Positions 1 through 9,652 of a DNA stretch of 64,000 bases are shown in pieces. The position numbers and the translations under genes were made by a program. The stretch is from Clostridia bacterium. Its GTDB lineage: Bacteria > Bacillota > Clostridia > Oscillospirales > SIG627. Location of the stretch: assembly GCA_017520825.1 (NCBI GenBank), contig JAFXEX010000006.1:4011-68010 (forward strand), written 5' to 3'. Below the pieces are notes generated by a model that made no database searches, was not told the origin of the DNA, and saw nothing but the letters and a program-made list of their open reading frames with translations. Within the stretch, counting starts at the first letter, position 1; the number at the start of each line of letters is the position of its first letter.

Positions 1-315
1 GATGCGATTACTTTTCCATCCAAGCCTTCCTTTAGGGTCAAATGCAACGGCGTAAAAGCCCGAAAGCGCTTCTTTCGTTGGAATATAATCCTCCTGCTCT
101 ATAGGGGCATACTGCGTCAGGTCGGGATACCATCCGTTTGTAAAGCTCCCCTCCATGGTAACACGCCCACAGATAAAGCCGTCTGCTTTATAGCTACGGT
201 TCATTTCATAATATATTTCGGTTGCCATTTCACATTCCGAACGGAACAAAAAATCCCCCGTAACCTTGCCGTCTATTGACGTCACCATATGGCATATAAT
301 ATAAGGTCTGTTCAT
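1..315 (-). CDS. dihydrofolate-reductase-family / RibD C-terminal-domain-like protein, N-terminal part (gene runs off the window)
   Basis: Not in the ORF track because there is no stop in the window. My own translation from the ATG at about 313-315 reads MNRPYIICHMVTSIDGKVTGDFLFRSECEMATEIYYEMNRSYKADGFICGRVTMEG... This N-terminus (IxxxxxSxDGK) is typical of RibD_C-type reductases. ATGA start/stop overlap with the upstream ORF; AAGGAAG RBS. Confidence 0.5.
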   Translation of the reverse strand, partial: MNRPYIICHMVTSIDGKVTGDFLFRSECEMATEIYYEMNRSYKADGFICGRVTMEGSFTNGWYPDLTQYAPIEQEDYIPTKEALSGFYAVAFDPKGRLGWKSNRI

Positions 316-1322
316 CTCGTCACTTCCTTTTGATTATTTTGCTTTAACTCAAAAAATGCCACTCTGTCTTCATCTTCGACATCACCGAAATTAATTGAAA
401 ACTTTATGCTTTGACCGGACTCCATTTTTATTCTGGTTATGGGTTGCGTGTATACGCTTTTTTCTTTTTTTACTTTTCTTTTGCTAAAATGAAATTCTTC
501 TATCACACTTCCTATAACCTTTGGAAAATATTCCGAAACATCGACAAGCTCTCCGTCAGGCAATACCGTATCTACCCAAAAATCAGCAAACTTTGTGGTT
601 CGTAAAACTCCCCCGTCATATACAAAATACAAATCTGAAGTGAAACAGTTTTCTTTCTTAAAATTGGGCAAATTTATCGGATAAAAAATCGAGGATTTGT
701 CATTGGGAAATGCAAGGACTTTAAGTATTTTTTTGCCAATAGCGCATTCATATGAATCAATTCCGTTGTACGGCATCCCATCTTCAATTGCCTGGTAAAC
801 CTGATAGAGCGCTTCATATATATTTGCTAAAGAATGGTTACCCACACAAACGTCCTGAAAACTACCTTCAGCCCCAACTAAATTCCATGGAGTTGTGCCG
901 TCTTCTTCATTATCTTCTATCGCACAGTTTTTAGCTCCTGCGTCAAATAAAATTTTTGACGCTTCAATAATATAGCGATCATGTGTTGACAACACCAAAG
1001 CAAGAAGGCATTGAGCCCCAAATCGACCGTTACATTTGTTTACATCAAATCCGTGAAAAAGAAAGAATTGAATGATTTTACATAAAGTAGGTCCCATTGT
1101 TAACGCAAGACCATCTCCCTCTTTAGGAACGCCATATATACAAGCAGGCACATAGTTATCAATAATCGTAGAAAGAACGTTTTCGTAGGGGTCTTCCCCT
1201 AAAGCATTAACGTCTGCTCCTAACTTTAATAATTCTTCTGCTTTTTTAAAGTCAGGGGAAATATTACTCAATAGTTCTATTAATTCGTTTTCAAGATCTC
1301 CATATCCGTAATCTAATGCCAA
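312..1322 (-). CDS. ankyrin-repeat-like protein, function unknown
   Basis: 336-aa ORF with a TTG start 6 nt after AAGGAGGG. Contains ankyrin-like motifs (EELLKLGADVNALGE, SKILFDAGAKNCA). The C-terminal half cannot be assigned. Confidence 0.5.
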   Translation of the reverse strand: MALDYGYGDLENELIELLSNISPDFKKAEELLKLGADVNALGEDPYENVLSTIIDNYVPACIYGVPKEGDGLALTMGPTLCKIIQFFLFHGFDVNKCNGRFGAQCLLALVLSTHDRYIIEASKILFDAGAKNCAIEDNEEDGTTPWNLVGAEGSFQDVCVGNHSLANIYEALYQVYQAIEDGMPYNGIDSYECAIGKKILKVLAFPNDKSSIFYPINLPNFKKENCFTSDLYFVYDGGVLRTTKFADFWVDTVLPDGELVDVSEYFPKVIGSVIEEFHFSKRKVKKEKSVYTQPITRIKMESGQSIKFSINFGDVEDEDRVAFFELKQNNQKEVTR

Positions 1323-1343
1323 CTTTATCCCTCCTTTTGCAAT

Positions 1344-1369
1344 ATTATACCATATTTCCTGTCCAATAA
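1344..1369 (-). promoter_or_regulatory. promoter with conserved TTATTGGACA box (copy A)
   Basis: The minus strand reads TTATTGGACAG-N9-TGGTATAAT, about 20 nt upstream of the RBS of ORF 312-1322. The same box and spacing occur at 1787 and 2726. Confidence 0.6.
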
Positions 1370-1462
1370 AAAGTACTATAAAAAATAATTATATTTCATA
1401 GTAAGGCATCAATTTAATAAAATAGCTTATGGCTTCAAATCACCATACATAAACCATACATA

Positions 1463-1500
1463 AAAAGTAAACAGCCACACTGTGTGTGACTGTTTACTTT
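1463..1500 (-). terminator. intrinsic terminator of tRNA-Ser
   Basis: Hairpin AAAAGTAAACAG..CTGTTTACTTTT directly abuts the tRNA 3' end and is followed by a U-run on the minus strand. Confidence 0.7.
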
Positions 1501-1589
1501 TGGCGGAGGGGAAGGGATTCGAACCCTTGTGGGCTTGCACCCAAACGGTTTTCAAGACCGCCTCGTTATGACCACTTCGATACCCCTCC
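1501..1589 (-). tRNA. tRNA-Ser (anticodon UGA)
   Basis: The reverse complement folds as GGAGGGG acceptor, D-arm and anticodon stem GCGGT/ACCGT with loop CUUGAAA (anticodon UGA). It also has a long variable arm, T-arm GGGTTCGAATCCC and an encoded CCA end. 89 nt. Confidence 0.93.
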
Positions 1590-1786
1590 GTATAGGAGAT
1601 ATTCAATTGAACTGCTGTATGAACAGCTTTATTATTTTACTATGAGTTAGGAGATTTGTCAAGACCTTTTTCGAAAAATACCCATACATTTTTAAAATTC
1701 GGCTTTTTAAGGCTATATCCTAAAAACACAAATTACTAATTTGCATTATTTAATAAAAATTTGAATTATTACCTTTACAGTACTTC

Positions 1787-1812
1787 TTATTGGACAGTTT
1801 ATGTGTTATAAT
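1787..1812 (+). promoter_or_regulatory. promoter with conserved TTATTGGACA box (copy B)
   Basis: TTATTGGACAGTTTATGTGTTATAAT: the box is followed 10 nt later by a TG-extended -10. Confidence 0.6.
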
Positions 1813-1865
1813 ATAAAACACAAGATAAATATAATCATTAAAGTTCATTGAAAAGGAGAGTAAAA

Positions 1866-2696
1866 GTGGTAAACATATGTTTTAGCGACATTACGCGTCA
1901 ACTTTTAAGAGATGCAAAATACGTTTCCGAAGAAATAAATATCAGTGCCGATTTAAATAACACTCTTGCAATTAATCTTCAATTGAATCTTGGTAAAATA
2001 TCCGACAACGGACTTGGAACCGAAAGGCTTAACTTTATAAAAAACTTCCATAACGGATATATTTTCGGCGAAGAAAATACGGATACATATGACGGAGGTT
2101 TCAACCGTTATATTCAAGCAATGGAAAAACTGAAAATATCAATAAAAAATGACGATGATTTCAGAATATGGTTTACCGAAGATAATAGTGAATATTGTTC
2201 ATTGTGTTGGCTGCTTTCGTTTTTAGACCAACTTGATGCAACGAACAATATATATGTTGTCAAATTGCCTTCTGAAGTCTCTTTGTCTGGTAGAAAATAC
2301 GAAAGAAGATATAACTCATCGTGTTTCATGCCGGAAGAATTGACAGAGCTTGTTTCTACGGAAGTAATTTTGACCGAGTCGCGTAAAAAATTTTATGTTA
2401 AACAATGGATAAGAGCCAAAGAAGAAAATACAAGTTTGAGGCTTGTACTGTATGGCAACATTGTAAGTGTCAAAGACGATTTTTATGATTCGGCTATTAT
2501 TGTCGAAGCAAAGAAATATAACGACGTCATAAACGAAGCAACGCTTGTCGGTGAGTGCATGGCAAAACTCGGTCTGGATGATATATTTGTAGGGAAAAGG
2601 ATTGAGCATATGATTGCAGAAGGCATATTTGAAGTAGTTAGCGCACCTACAATAGGCACACCTTTTTACTGTAAAAAAATCAGAAAGATAAATTAA
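1866..2696 (+). CDS. DUF1835/DUF3658-like protein (hypothetical)
   Basis: The ORF track gives 1848-2696. A GTG at 1866, 6 nt after AAGGAGAG, is the better start. The N-terminus VNICFSDITRQLL and the segment EYCSLCWLLSFL resemble DUF1835-family proteins, from memory only. Confidence 0.4.
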   Translation: MVNICFSDITRQLLRDAKYVSEEINISADLNNTLAINLQLNLGKISDNGLGTERLNFIKNFHNGYIFGEENTDTYDGGFNRYIQAMEKLKISIKNDDDFRIWFTEDNSEYCSLCWLLSFLDQLDATNNIYVVKLPSEVSLSGRKYERRYNSSCFMPEELTELVSTEVILTESRKKFYVKQWIRAKEENTSLRLVLYGNIVSVKDDFYDSAIIVEAKKYNDVINEATLVGECMAKLGLDDIFVGKRIEHMIAEGIFEVVSAPTIGTPFYCKKIRKIN

Positions 2697-2725
2697 AGCC
2701 TTACTTTGACAAATAAGATCATTTT

Positions 2726-2751
2726 TTATTGGACAATTTGTGTGTTATAAT
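2726..2751 (+). promoter_or_regulatory. promoter with conserved TTATTGGACA box (copy C)
   Basis: TTATTGGACAATTTGTGTGTTATAAT matches copy B at 29 of 31 positions by eye. Confidence 0.6.
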
Positions 2752-2772
2752 ATAAATATCGAGGTGATAATA

Positions 2773-3408
2773 ATGGATAACATAGCACAAAAGCTTCACG
2801 AAATGTGTAAAAATAGTTGTTTTAATCTTGAGGAAGCTAAATGTTTGATGTCAGAAATTGATTTAAACGAACCATATAGTGAGAATAATTGCAATTCAAA
2901 AACATTCTTATTATATGAAGCTGTGCTTTATCAGAATATCAGAATGGTAGAATTGTTGCTTCAAAACGGTGCTGACCCAAATTTGATAGTTAACTATAAC
3001 TGCGCGCTTTGGGAATTGCAATATAATGTATACGTGCAGGAAGAATATGAAAGAAATCCCATAGTAGCGCTACAGGCTGACAGATTGAATTTTCAAATTG
3101 CACAGATGCTTCTGGAATACGGAGCTGATACCAATATTACCCCGGAAGAGGAAGATTTGTTTTCATATGTTTTGGACGCAGTGTTTAACGACTTTGATTC
3201 CGGGAGATTGCTTGAATATAGAAGCCACTTTTTGATACTGCTTATTGCTTACGGAGGACATAATAAATATTGCAAGCCTGAAATTCTAATCCCATTTGAC
3301 AAGGGCAATATGGAACAATATGATTTTTCATTTGTAAAATGTCCTGACAATTATCATTTGACCGGAGAAATTTTAGATGCAGAATACAATATTGTTGCCA
3401 GAGTTTAA
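2773..3408 (+). CDS. ankyrin-repeat-like protein
   Basis: The ORF track gives 2740-3408. The ATG at 2773 follows GAGGTG. Contains motifs LLLQNGADPNLI and MLLEYGADTNI. Confidence 0.55.
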   Translation: MDNIAQKLHEMCKNSCFNLEEAKCLMSEIDLNEPYSENNCNSKTFLLYEAVLYQNIRMVELLLQNGADPNLIVNYNCALWELQYNVYVQEEYERNPIVALQADRLNFQIAQMLLEYGADTNITPEEEDLFSYVLDAVFNDFDSGRLLEYRSHFLILLIAYGGHNKYCKPEILIPFDKGNMEQYDFSFVKCPDNYHLTGEILDAEYNIVARV

Positions 3409-3535
3409 AAGTGATAGTATTGAAAGCAGTTTTCACCACCTTGTGTAAAAAAACATATCGATTCAGTGATGAAAATCACCTATTGAAATTTTTATGAAAG
3501 TTGTGATCATTTCCCAGAAAAAAACCAGAGCACCT

Positions 3536-4957
3536 TCAGGCACTCCGGTTTTCGTTTTCCTTAATTCTATTATTAATCAGCTTGTGCACTATAACGAAGA
3601 AGAGTGCCCCCGTTATCAGCCAGGAAATGGGATATGAAATATAGATGCTTTCCAAATTTTTAAGCCATGCAAAAACCGTATAAATCCATACTACACGGAA
3701 CGCGCAGGTTCCAACGAAGGTTATGGCTGCAGACATGGTAGACTTTCCAAGTCCACGAATAGCTCCCGAGCAGGCATTCATAACGGCAAAGGCACACAAA
3801 AGAGGCCATTTATACGTCATTCTCGTAATTGCCGTATTATATGCAATATCTCCGAGAAAATCCACGTTTTTCCTTACTCCGTACAAGGCGAGCAAGGGCT
3901 GACGAAGCAGAATTCCGAAAAGCGACATAATCAGAGCAAAGGCTCCCGAAATCAAGCATATATAATGCAACGATTTACGTATTCTGTCATACTTATTGGC
4001 ACCTGCATTCTGTGCAGTGAAGGTGCTTGAGGTAGCAGTTACGGCTCCCAACGCCGTCACGAAGAAGTTTTCTATGCTGCTTGCCGAGGCGTTTCCCTTA
4101 ATTACGGGTGCGTATGCACTGTCGGTGGGAACGATAAGGTTATTGACCTGAAGTATAGAGGACTGTATAACCATATTGGACAAAGAAAACAACGAGTTTT
4201 GAATTCCTGCAGGAAAGCCTATACCGAAAACCTCGATGAATTCCTCACGGTGAATTCGCAGCTTATTGAAGCTGATACGGCAATCATTGCCCTTTTTCAA
4301 AAGATAACGCCACATAAGAACCACGGATATCAGCTGTGACAGACCCGTTGCTATTGCAACTCCCTCTACCGAAAGCCTCGTAACAAGGACGAAAAACAAA
4401 TTCATACAAACGTTTAGTACGCCCGAAAAGGAAAGAATCAGCATGGGCGTTTTGGTATTTCCCTGCGCTCTTATTATAGCGCCGAGGAAGTTCAACAGCG
4501 CAGACAAGGGAATAAAAAGAAACCGTATGTACGCATATCGGGCAGCCAGCCTTAAAAGGTTGCCGGTATATCCCATTCCAACCAGGACGGGACGGGTAAG
4601 AATAATACCGGCTACAGAGCCAATTAATCCAAAAATAACGCTGATGCTCACAGAGGTGTGTACAACGCGAGATATTTTTTCCTTATCTCCAAGACCGATA
4701 CACCGTGCTACCACTACGTTTGTGCCCACCGAAAAGCCCATATAAATATTTCTGATAAGAGATAAAAAGCTTCCCGTAGAGCCAACGGCTCCTACGCCGT
4801 CGGGCTCGGGTGACAGTCCTACGATAACCACGTCTGCTGCGTGGAAGAACTGTTGAAGCAAATTCGTCACAATCAACGGTAGCATAAACCGAAGAATATT
4901 AACAAACAACGGTCCTGAAATTATGTCAATTTTATTTACCTTGGCAGTTTTCTCCAT
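3536..4957 (-). CDS. MATE-family efflux transporter
   Basis: 473 aa and polytopic. The N-terminus GPLFVNILRFMLPLIVTNLLQQFFHAADVVIVG is typical of MATE/NorM-like proteins. Confidence 0.85.
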   Translation of the reverse strand: MEKTAKVNKIDIISGPLFVNILRFMLPLIVTNLLQQFFHAADVVIVGLSPEPDGVGAVGSTGSFLSLIRNIYMGFSVGTNVVVARCIGLGDKEKISRVVHTSVSISVIFGLIGSVAGIILTRPVLVGMGYTGNLLRLAARYAYIRFLFIPLSALLNFLGAIIRAQGNTKTPMLILSFSGVLNVCMNLFFVLVTRLSVEGVAIATGLSQLISVVLMWRYLLKKGNDCRISFNKLRIHREEFIEVFGIGFPAGIQNSLFSLSNMVIQSSILQVNNLIVPTDSAYAPVIKGNASASSIENFFVTALGAVTATSSTFTAQNAGANKYDRIRKSLHYICLISGAFALIMSLFGILLRQPLLALYGVRKNVDFLGDIAYNTAITRMTYKWPLLCAFAVMNACSGAIRGLGKSTMSAAITFVGTCAFRVVWIYTVFAWLKNLESIYISYPISWLITGALFFVIVHKLINNRIKENENRSA

Positions 4958-5115
4958 AACACTTCGCCAACATATAACAATTCCACAGAAAAGTTATATT
5001 CAAGACTTTTCTCCTAATCTTTATCTTGATAACGTCTTGATTATATCACAGATTTATGTTATAATCAAGTACAAATAATTATATATAAATATAGTAAAAA
5101 CTCTATGGAGGTATT

Positions 5116-6105
5116 ATGAATACTGCCGATAAGTATATTTACCACGTATATCTTGAGCAAAGCTTTTCTGCCGCGGCAAAGGCGTTGTTTATCTCTCAGC
5201 CGTCACTTAGCGCTACGGTTTCTCAAAAGGAAAAGGAGCTTGGATTTCAGATTTTCGACAGAACGAAAAAGCCTGTTACAATTACACCAAAGGGGCAGAT
5301 ATATTTAGATATGCTGGAGGAAGTAATTGAAAGCGAGAAAAATATGCACTTGCGTCTTAAAAAGCTTTCAAGTAATCAAAAGAATTCCATTCGTGTAGGA
5401 GGAGGCTCCTCTTCTGCATATTATCTTATGCCCTTTATATGTGGAGAATTTCACCGTCAGTATCCGTCTGTACAATTAAATCTTGATATAGGAAACATTC
5501 CGGGAGTATCCTCTACCTCTGAAAGGTTTTCGCTGTTTCAAAAGCTTGACAGAGACGTTATTGACACGATATTGACCTATAACTATAATGCCGGAAAACA
5601 TCAGGAGCACGTTATACACAAGGAACGGCTTGTGGTTGCTATGCATAAAAATATGATGACGCCCGAGCTTGCGCCCTACGCCCTCACAAGAGACGAGCTG
5701 TTGAGCGAAGCCTTTGGCGCTGACAAGGAAATTCCCGATAAACAATTATTTCAGAAAATAAATTTTCTGAAGTTTTCAAAAAATTCCAATACTACTCGCC
5801 GTATGGAAGAGCTTTTGGGAGAATATTCCGTTTCCGAGCACGTTATAAGCAATTCGGTACACAGTATCGTGCATTTTAATATGATGTGCGCAGGAATGGG
5901 GGCGCTTCTCACAAGCGACTGCATCGTAGCTCTTTCGGGAAACCCTTCGGATGATATAGTATTCTTTGCATTTAACAAGGAAATTTCAATGAGAAATATT
6001 TATCTCGTCACCAAAAAGGATGCCGTCCTCAGCAAGACTACTAAAAACTTTATAGAGCTGGCAGAAAAGGTTTGCAAAAGCATTAATAAAAAACAGAGTA
6101 CCTGA
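5116..6105 (+). CDS. LysR-family transcriptional regulator
   Basis: N-terminal HTH FSAAAKALFISQPSLSATVSQKEKELGFQIFDR. Divergent from the MATE gene. Confidence 0.85.
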   Translation: MNTADKYIYHVYLEQSFSAAAKALFISQPSLSATVSQKEKELGFQIFDRTKKPVTITPKGQIYLDMLEEVIESEKNMHLRLKKLSSNQKNSIRVGGGSSSAYYLMPFICGEFHRQYPSVQLNLDIGNIPGVSSTSERFSLFQKLDRDVIDTILTYNYNAGKHQEHVIHKERLVVAMHKNMMTPELAPYALTRDELLSEAFGADKEIPDKQLFQKINFLKFSKNSNTTRRMEELLGEYSVSEHVISNSVHSIVHFNMMCAGMGALLTSDCIVALSGNPSDDIVFFAFNKEISMRNIYLVTKKDAVLSKTTKNFIELAEKVCKSINKKQST

Positions 6106-6120
6106 CGGTACTCCGTTTTT
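6096..6120. terminator. bidirectional intrinsic terminator between lysR-like gene and rfbB
   Basis: GAGTACC-TGAC-GGTACTC stem-loop flanked by an A-run upstream and a T-run downstream. Confidence 0.6.
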
Positions 6121-7086
6121 TTATATATCCCACCATTTGCGATTTTTCAAATACCAGGAAACCGTTTTTTTCATTCCGTTGGCAAATTCCGTTTCGGGAA
6201 CCCAGCCAAGCTCGGCTTGAATTTTAGAAATATCAACCGAATAACGCATATCGTGGCCTTTTCTATCCTCAACGTAGGTGATGAGGCTCTCGGGCTTTCC
6301 AAGCTCACGGCAAATCATCTTTACGACGTCTATATTACGCTTTTCACAGCGTCCACCAACGTTATACACTTCCCCTGCCCTTCCGTTATGTATTATCAAA
6401 TCAACGGCTTTACAATGGTCATCAACGAAAAGCCAATCACGCAGGTTTTCACCCTTTCCGTAGACGGTCATGGGCTTATCCCTTAAAGCGTTTACTATCA
6501 TCAACGGAATAAGCTTTTCGGGAAATTGATATGCGCCGTAATTGTTAGAGGAACGGCTGACAGTTACGTTTAAGCCGTGAGTTCTGAAATAAGAAAGGGT
6601 AAGCAGGTCTGCCGAAGCCTTACTTGCACTGTAGGGTGAGCTTGGCTTCAGAACAGAGTCTTCTTTAAACGAGCTTTTACTGTCAAGTGGCAGGTCTCCG
6701 TAAACCTCGTCGGTTGAAATCTGATGAAATCTTTTTACGCCACATCTTAAAGACGCTTCAAGGAGTACCTGAGTTCCGAGAACGTTGGTCTCAATGAAAA
6801 TTCTTGAATTCTCAATGGAACGGTCAACGTGACTTTCCGCAGCAAAATTTATTACCACGTCAGGCTTTTCGGCTTCAAAAAGCCCAAGCACTGCCTTTTG
6901 GTCGCAAATATCTCCTTTTACAAAGGAAAAATTGGGGTTGCTAATTACCCCGTTAAGATTAGCAAGATTACCGGCGTAGGTAAGCTTGTCATAGCAAATA
7001 ACTCTATAATCCGGATACTTTTCCAATATATGAAAAATAAAATTGCTTCCTATAAAGCCTGCTCCACCCGTTACGATTATTGTCAT
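6121..7086 (-). CDS. rfbB: dTDP-glucose 4,6-dehydratase
   Basis: MTIIVTGGAGFIGSNF... and the YxxxK SDR core (YSASKASADLL), about 320 aa. The start was moved to the ATG 7 nt after GAGGAG; the ORF track extends to 7104. Confidence 0.9.
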   Translation of the reverse strand: MTIIVTGGAGFIGSNFIFHILEKYPDYRVICYDKLTYAGNLANLNGVISNPNFSFVKGDICDQKAVLGLFEAEKPDVVINFAAESHVDRSIENSRIFIETNVLGTQVLLEASLRCGVKRFHQISTDEVYGDLPLDSKSSFKEDSVLKPSSPYSASKASADLLTLSYFRTHGLNVTVSRSSNNYGAYQFPEKLIPLMIVNALRDKPMTVYGKGENLRDWLFVDDHCKAVDLIIHNGRAGEVYNVGGRCEKRNIDVVKMICRELGKPESLITYVEDRKGHDMRYSVDISKIQAELGWVPETEFANGMKKTVSWYLKNRKWWDI

Positions 7087-7115
7087 TTTAATTCTCCTCA
7101 ACAAGAGAAATTACA

Positions 7116-8276
7116 CTACAATCCGATTTTATTCAAAAAGGAATTCATTTCATTAGCCTGAGTTTTATCAGAGCTGATATTTGTAGCTATTTCCTGCTTT
7201 GCCATTTTTGCAACGTCTGGCTTGAACAACATAAACCACCGTCTCACCTGCATAAAGGGAGTGAGCCAGCGATGCTTTTCAAGAATGGGATAGTAACGTC
7301 TTAATTTGTCATAAGGGACGAAAATTCTGGAAACGAGATATCCTACACGTCCACCCTTTTCACTTTGATGAAGCATAACACGGTTTGTGGTAGAGCCGTA
7401 GGTCCCACCGTACAGTATATATTTCTGCACCTGCAGTGTAAGGTCGTCGGCTTCTCCTTCGCCAAGCCAATAACGGCTCAGCCCTCTCACTGCGTTGGCA
7501 AACTGCAGTAATCTGCACTTCGAGAGCAGCTCGTCACGACTGCCCTGATACTCTTCCTCGATGCCGTCAAGAATCCAAAGGTCTATGAAGGGACGTATTC
7601 CACAACCACCCGTTTCAACGTGCTTCGCCATATGAACGATATGATAAAAATAGAAAAATGCGTCATTCATCTCATAGCGATACCGACTTCCGTCCTGAAG
7701 GAACACGTTTTCCCATACCGAATTCAATACGTCAAGAGCGTTGTTTGCTCTACCCTCTTCCACTAAATCGTAGTGAATCTCGATGTGATTGCCACGAGGG
7801 CTATACAGAGAAACGTCGTGGGTGCCACGTTCCTTTTTTACGTATTGAAGGTTATCGGTCAAATAAGAAATTGCTCTTTCCAAATCCTCGTTGTGAACGA
7901 GGATATCTACGTCACAGCTTGTTCTCATCCAGGGCTGTGGATAATATCTGCGAAGCACCGACCCCTTCAGTACAACGAAGGGTATTTCAGCTTCTTCAAG
8001 CGCCGAGCACAAAACGCCGTATTCAAAATTAATCTGTTCGTATCTGTATATAGCCTTGAATATATGCTTTTCAGTTTCGGCATCTCCTTGGGGGATTAAT
8101 CCGTTTTCCTTTAATCCGTGGGCAAGCAAATGAGTAACGTCGTGCTTTTTGGAGAGTGTAATCAGCTCCGATAAAGGCGTTTTATAAAAAAACGTCTTGT
8201 CCTCTTCGCTCAACCTTGTACCGAAAACAGCAGAACGCAACAAAGCGAAAAGTATTTGAATTGTTCCTTGCTCCAC
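7116..8276 (-). CDS. uncharacterised nucleotidyltransferase-family protein (PF14907-like)
   Basis: 386 aa with ...IPFVVLKGSVLRRYYPQPWMRTSCDVDILV..., as in the nucleotidyltransferase family often found in capsule loci. Assigned from memory. Confidence 0.55.
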   Translation of the reverse strand: MEQGTIQILFALLRSAVFGTRLSEEDKTFFYKTPLSELITLSKKHDVTHLLAHGLKENGLIPQGDAETEKHIFKAIYRYEQINFEYGVLCSALEEAEIPFVVLKGSVLRRYYPQPWMRTSCDVDILVHNEDLERAISYLTDNLQYVKKERGTHDVSLYSPRGNHIEIHYDLVEEGRANNALDVLNSVWENVFLQDGSRYRYEMNDAFFYFYHIVHMAKHVETGGCGIRPFIDLWILDGIEEEYQGSRDELLSKCRLLQFANAVRGLSRYWLGEGEADDLTLQVQKYILYGGTYGSTTNRVMLHQSEKGGRVGYLVSRIFVPYDKLRRYYPILEKHRWLTPFMQVRRWFMLFKPDVAKMAKQEIATNISSDKTQANEMNSFLNKIGL

Positions 8277-8375
8277 GGTACTCTCTCCAATCTATTGATA
8301 AAATTCGTGATACTATCAAAATAAAAGCGCTGTATTTGCAGTATCTTTATAAAACGCTTCATAGATGTATATTCA

Positions 8376-9566
8376 TTAATCTCTGAAATACAAATCTCTT
8401 GTATATACTTTATCCATTACGTCGGCAATATCTTCATTATACCGATTTGCCAAAATTACGTCAGACGTCTTCTTAAACTCGTTTAAATCTCGAATAACAC
8501 GGCTGTTAAAGAAGCTGTTTTCCCTCATTGTGGGCTCATAGATGACAACCTCAATCCCCTTTGCCTTAATGCGCTTCATGACGCCTTGAATAGAAGACTG
8601 ACGAAAATTGTCCGAGCCTGCTTTCATAGTAAGGCGATAGACACCAACTACTTTAGGGTGTTTTGCAATAATCTGATCGGCAATAAAGTCCTTACGGGTG
8701 CCGTTTGCTGCAACGATAGCAGAAATGATGTTCTGAGGAACGTCGTTGTAATTAGCAAGCAACTGTTTAGTGTCCTTGGGTAAACAATATCCACCATACC
8801 CAAATGAAGGGTTGTTATAATGCACCCCGATTCGTGGATCAAGTCCTACGCCTTCGATTATAGATTTCGTATCAAGTCCACGCACTGCAGCATAAGTATC
8901 AAGCTCATTAAAGAAACTGACACGCAAAGCAAGATACGTGTTTGCAAACAATTTCACTGCCTCTGCTTCGGTAGGGTTCATATAACGAACTTCAATATCT
9001 TCTTTAAGCGCTCCCTCTTTGAGCAGAGAAGCAAAAGCTTCAGCTGCTTTTTCCAAACGTTTATTACCAACAGGAACGCCGATAATAATGCGACTTGGAT
9101 AAAGATTGTCGTACAACGCCTTACCCTCGCGGAGAAATTCCGGACTGAACAAAATATTGTCACAACAAAACTCCTCCCTTGCCTTCTCTGTAAAGCCAAC
9201 AGGGACAGTAGATTTTACAATCATAACGGCATCGGGATTGACTTCAATAACCTGCTCTATTACGGATTCAACAGACGAGGTATCAAAATAGTTTTTGTTC
9301 TGGTCATAATTTGTGGGAGTTGAGATAATAACCAACTCGGCATCCTTATATGCAGATGCGCCATCTGTCGTGGCAGATAGATTAAGCTGCTTGGTTGCCA
9401 AATATTCTTCAATTTCCTTATCCACGATAGGGGATTTTTTAGCATTGATCATCTCTACCTTTTCAGGAATGATGTCAACTGCTGTAACTTCATTATTCTG
9501 CGCAAGCAGAATTGCCATAGATAAACCGACATAGCCGGTTCCTGCGACTGCTATTTTCATTTGCAT
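8376..9566 (-). CDS. ugd: UDP-glucose 6-dehydrogenase
   Basis: [14 protein letters not shown] Rossmann N-terminus and catalytic GGYCLPKD. The true start is probably the second ATG, at 9560. Confidence 0.92.
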   Translation of the reverse strand: MQMKIAVAGTGYVGLSMAILLAQNNEVTAVDIIPEKVEMINAKKSPIVDKEIEEYLATKQLNLSATTDGASAYKDAELVIISTPTNYDQNKNYFDTSSVESVIEQVIEVNPDAVMIVKSTVPVGFTEKAREEFCCDNILFSPEFLREGKALYDNLYPSRIIIGVPVGNKRLEKAAEAFASLLKEGALKEDIEVRYMNPTEAEAVKLFANTYLALRVSFFNELDTYAAVRGLDTKSIIEGVGLDPRIGVHYNNPSFGYGGYCLPKDTKQLLANYNDVPQNIISAIVAANGTRKDFIADQIIAKHPKVVGVYRLTMKAGSDNFRQSSIQGVMKRIKAKGIEVVIYEPTMRENSFFNSRVIRDLNEFKKTSDVILANRYNEDIADVMDKVYTRDLYFRD

Positions 9567-9652
9567 TTACTCTCCTTTTTGATTTGTTATTATGAGCATG
9601 CATTAACAGTCCCTACGAGTGCTTCTCCATGGCAACTTTTATATGCAATAAT

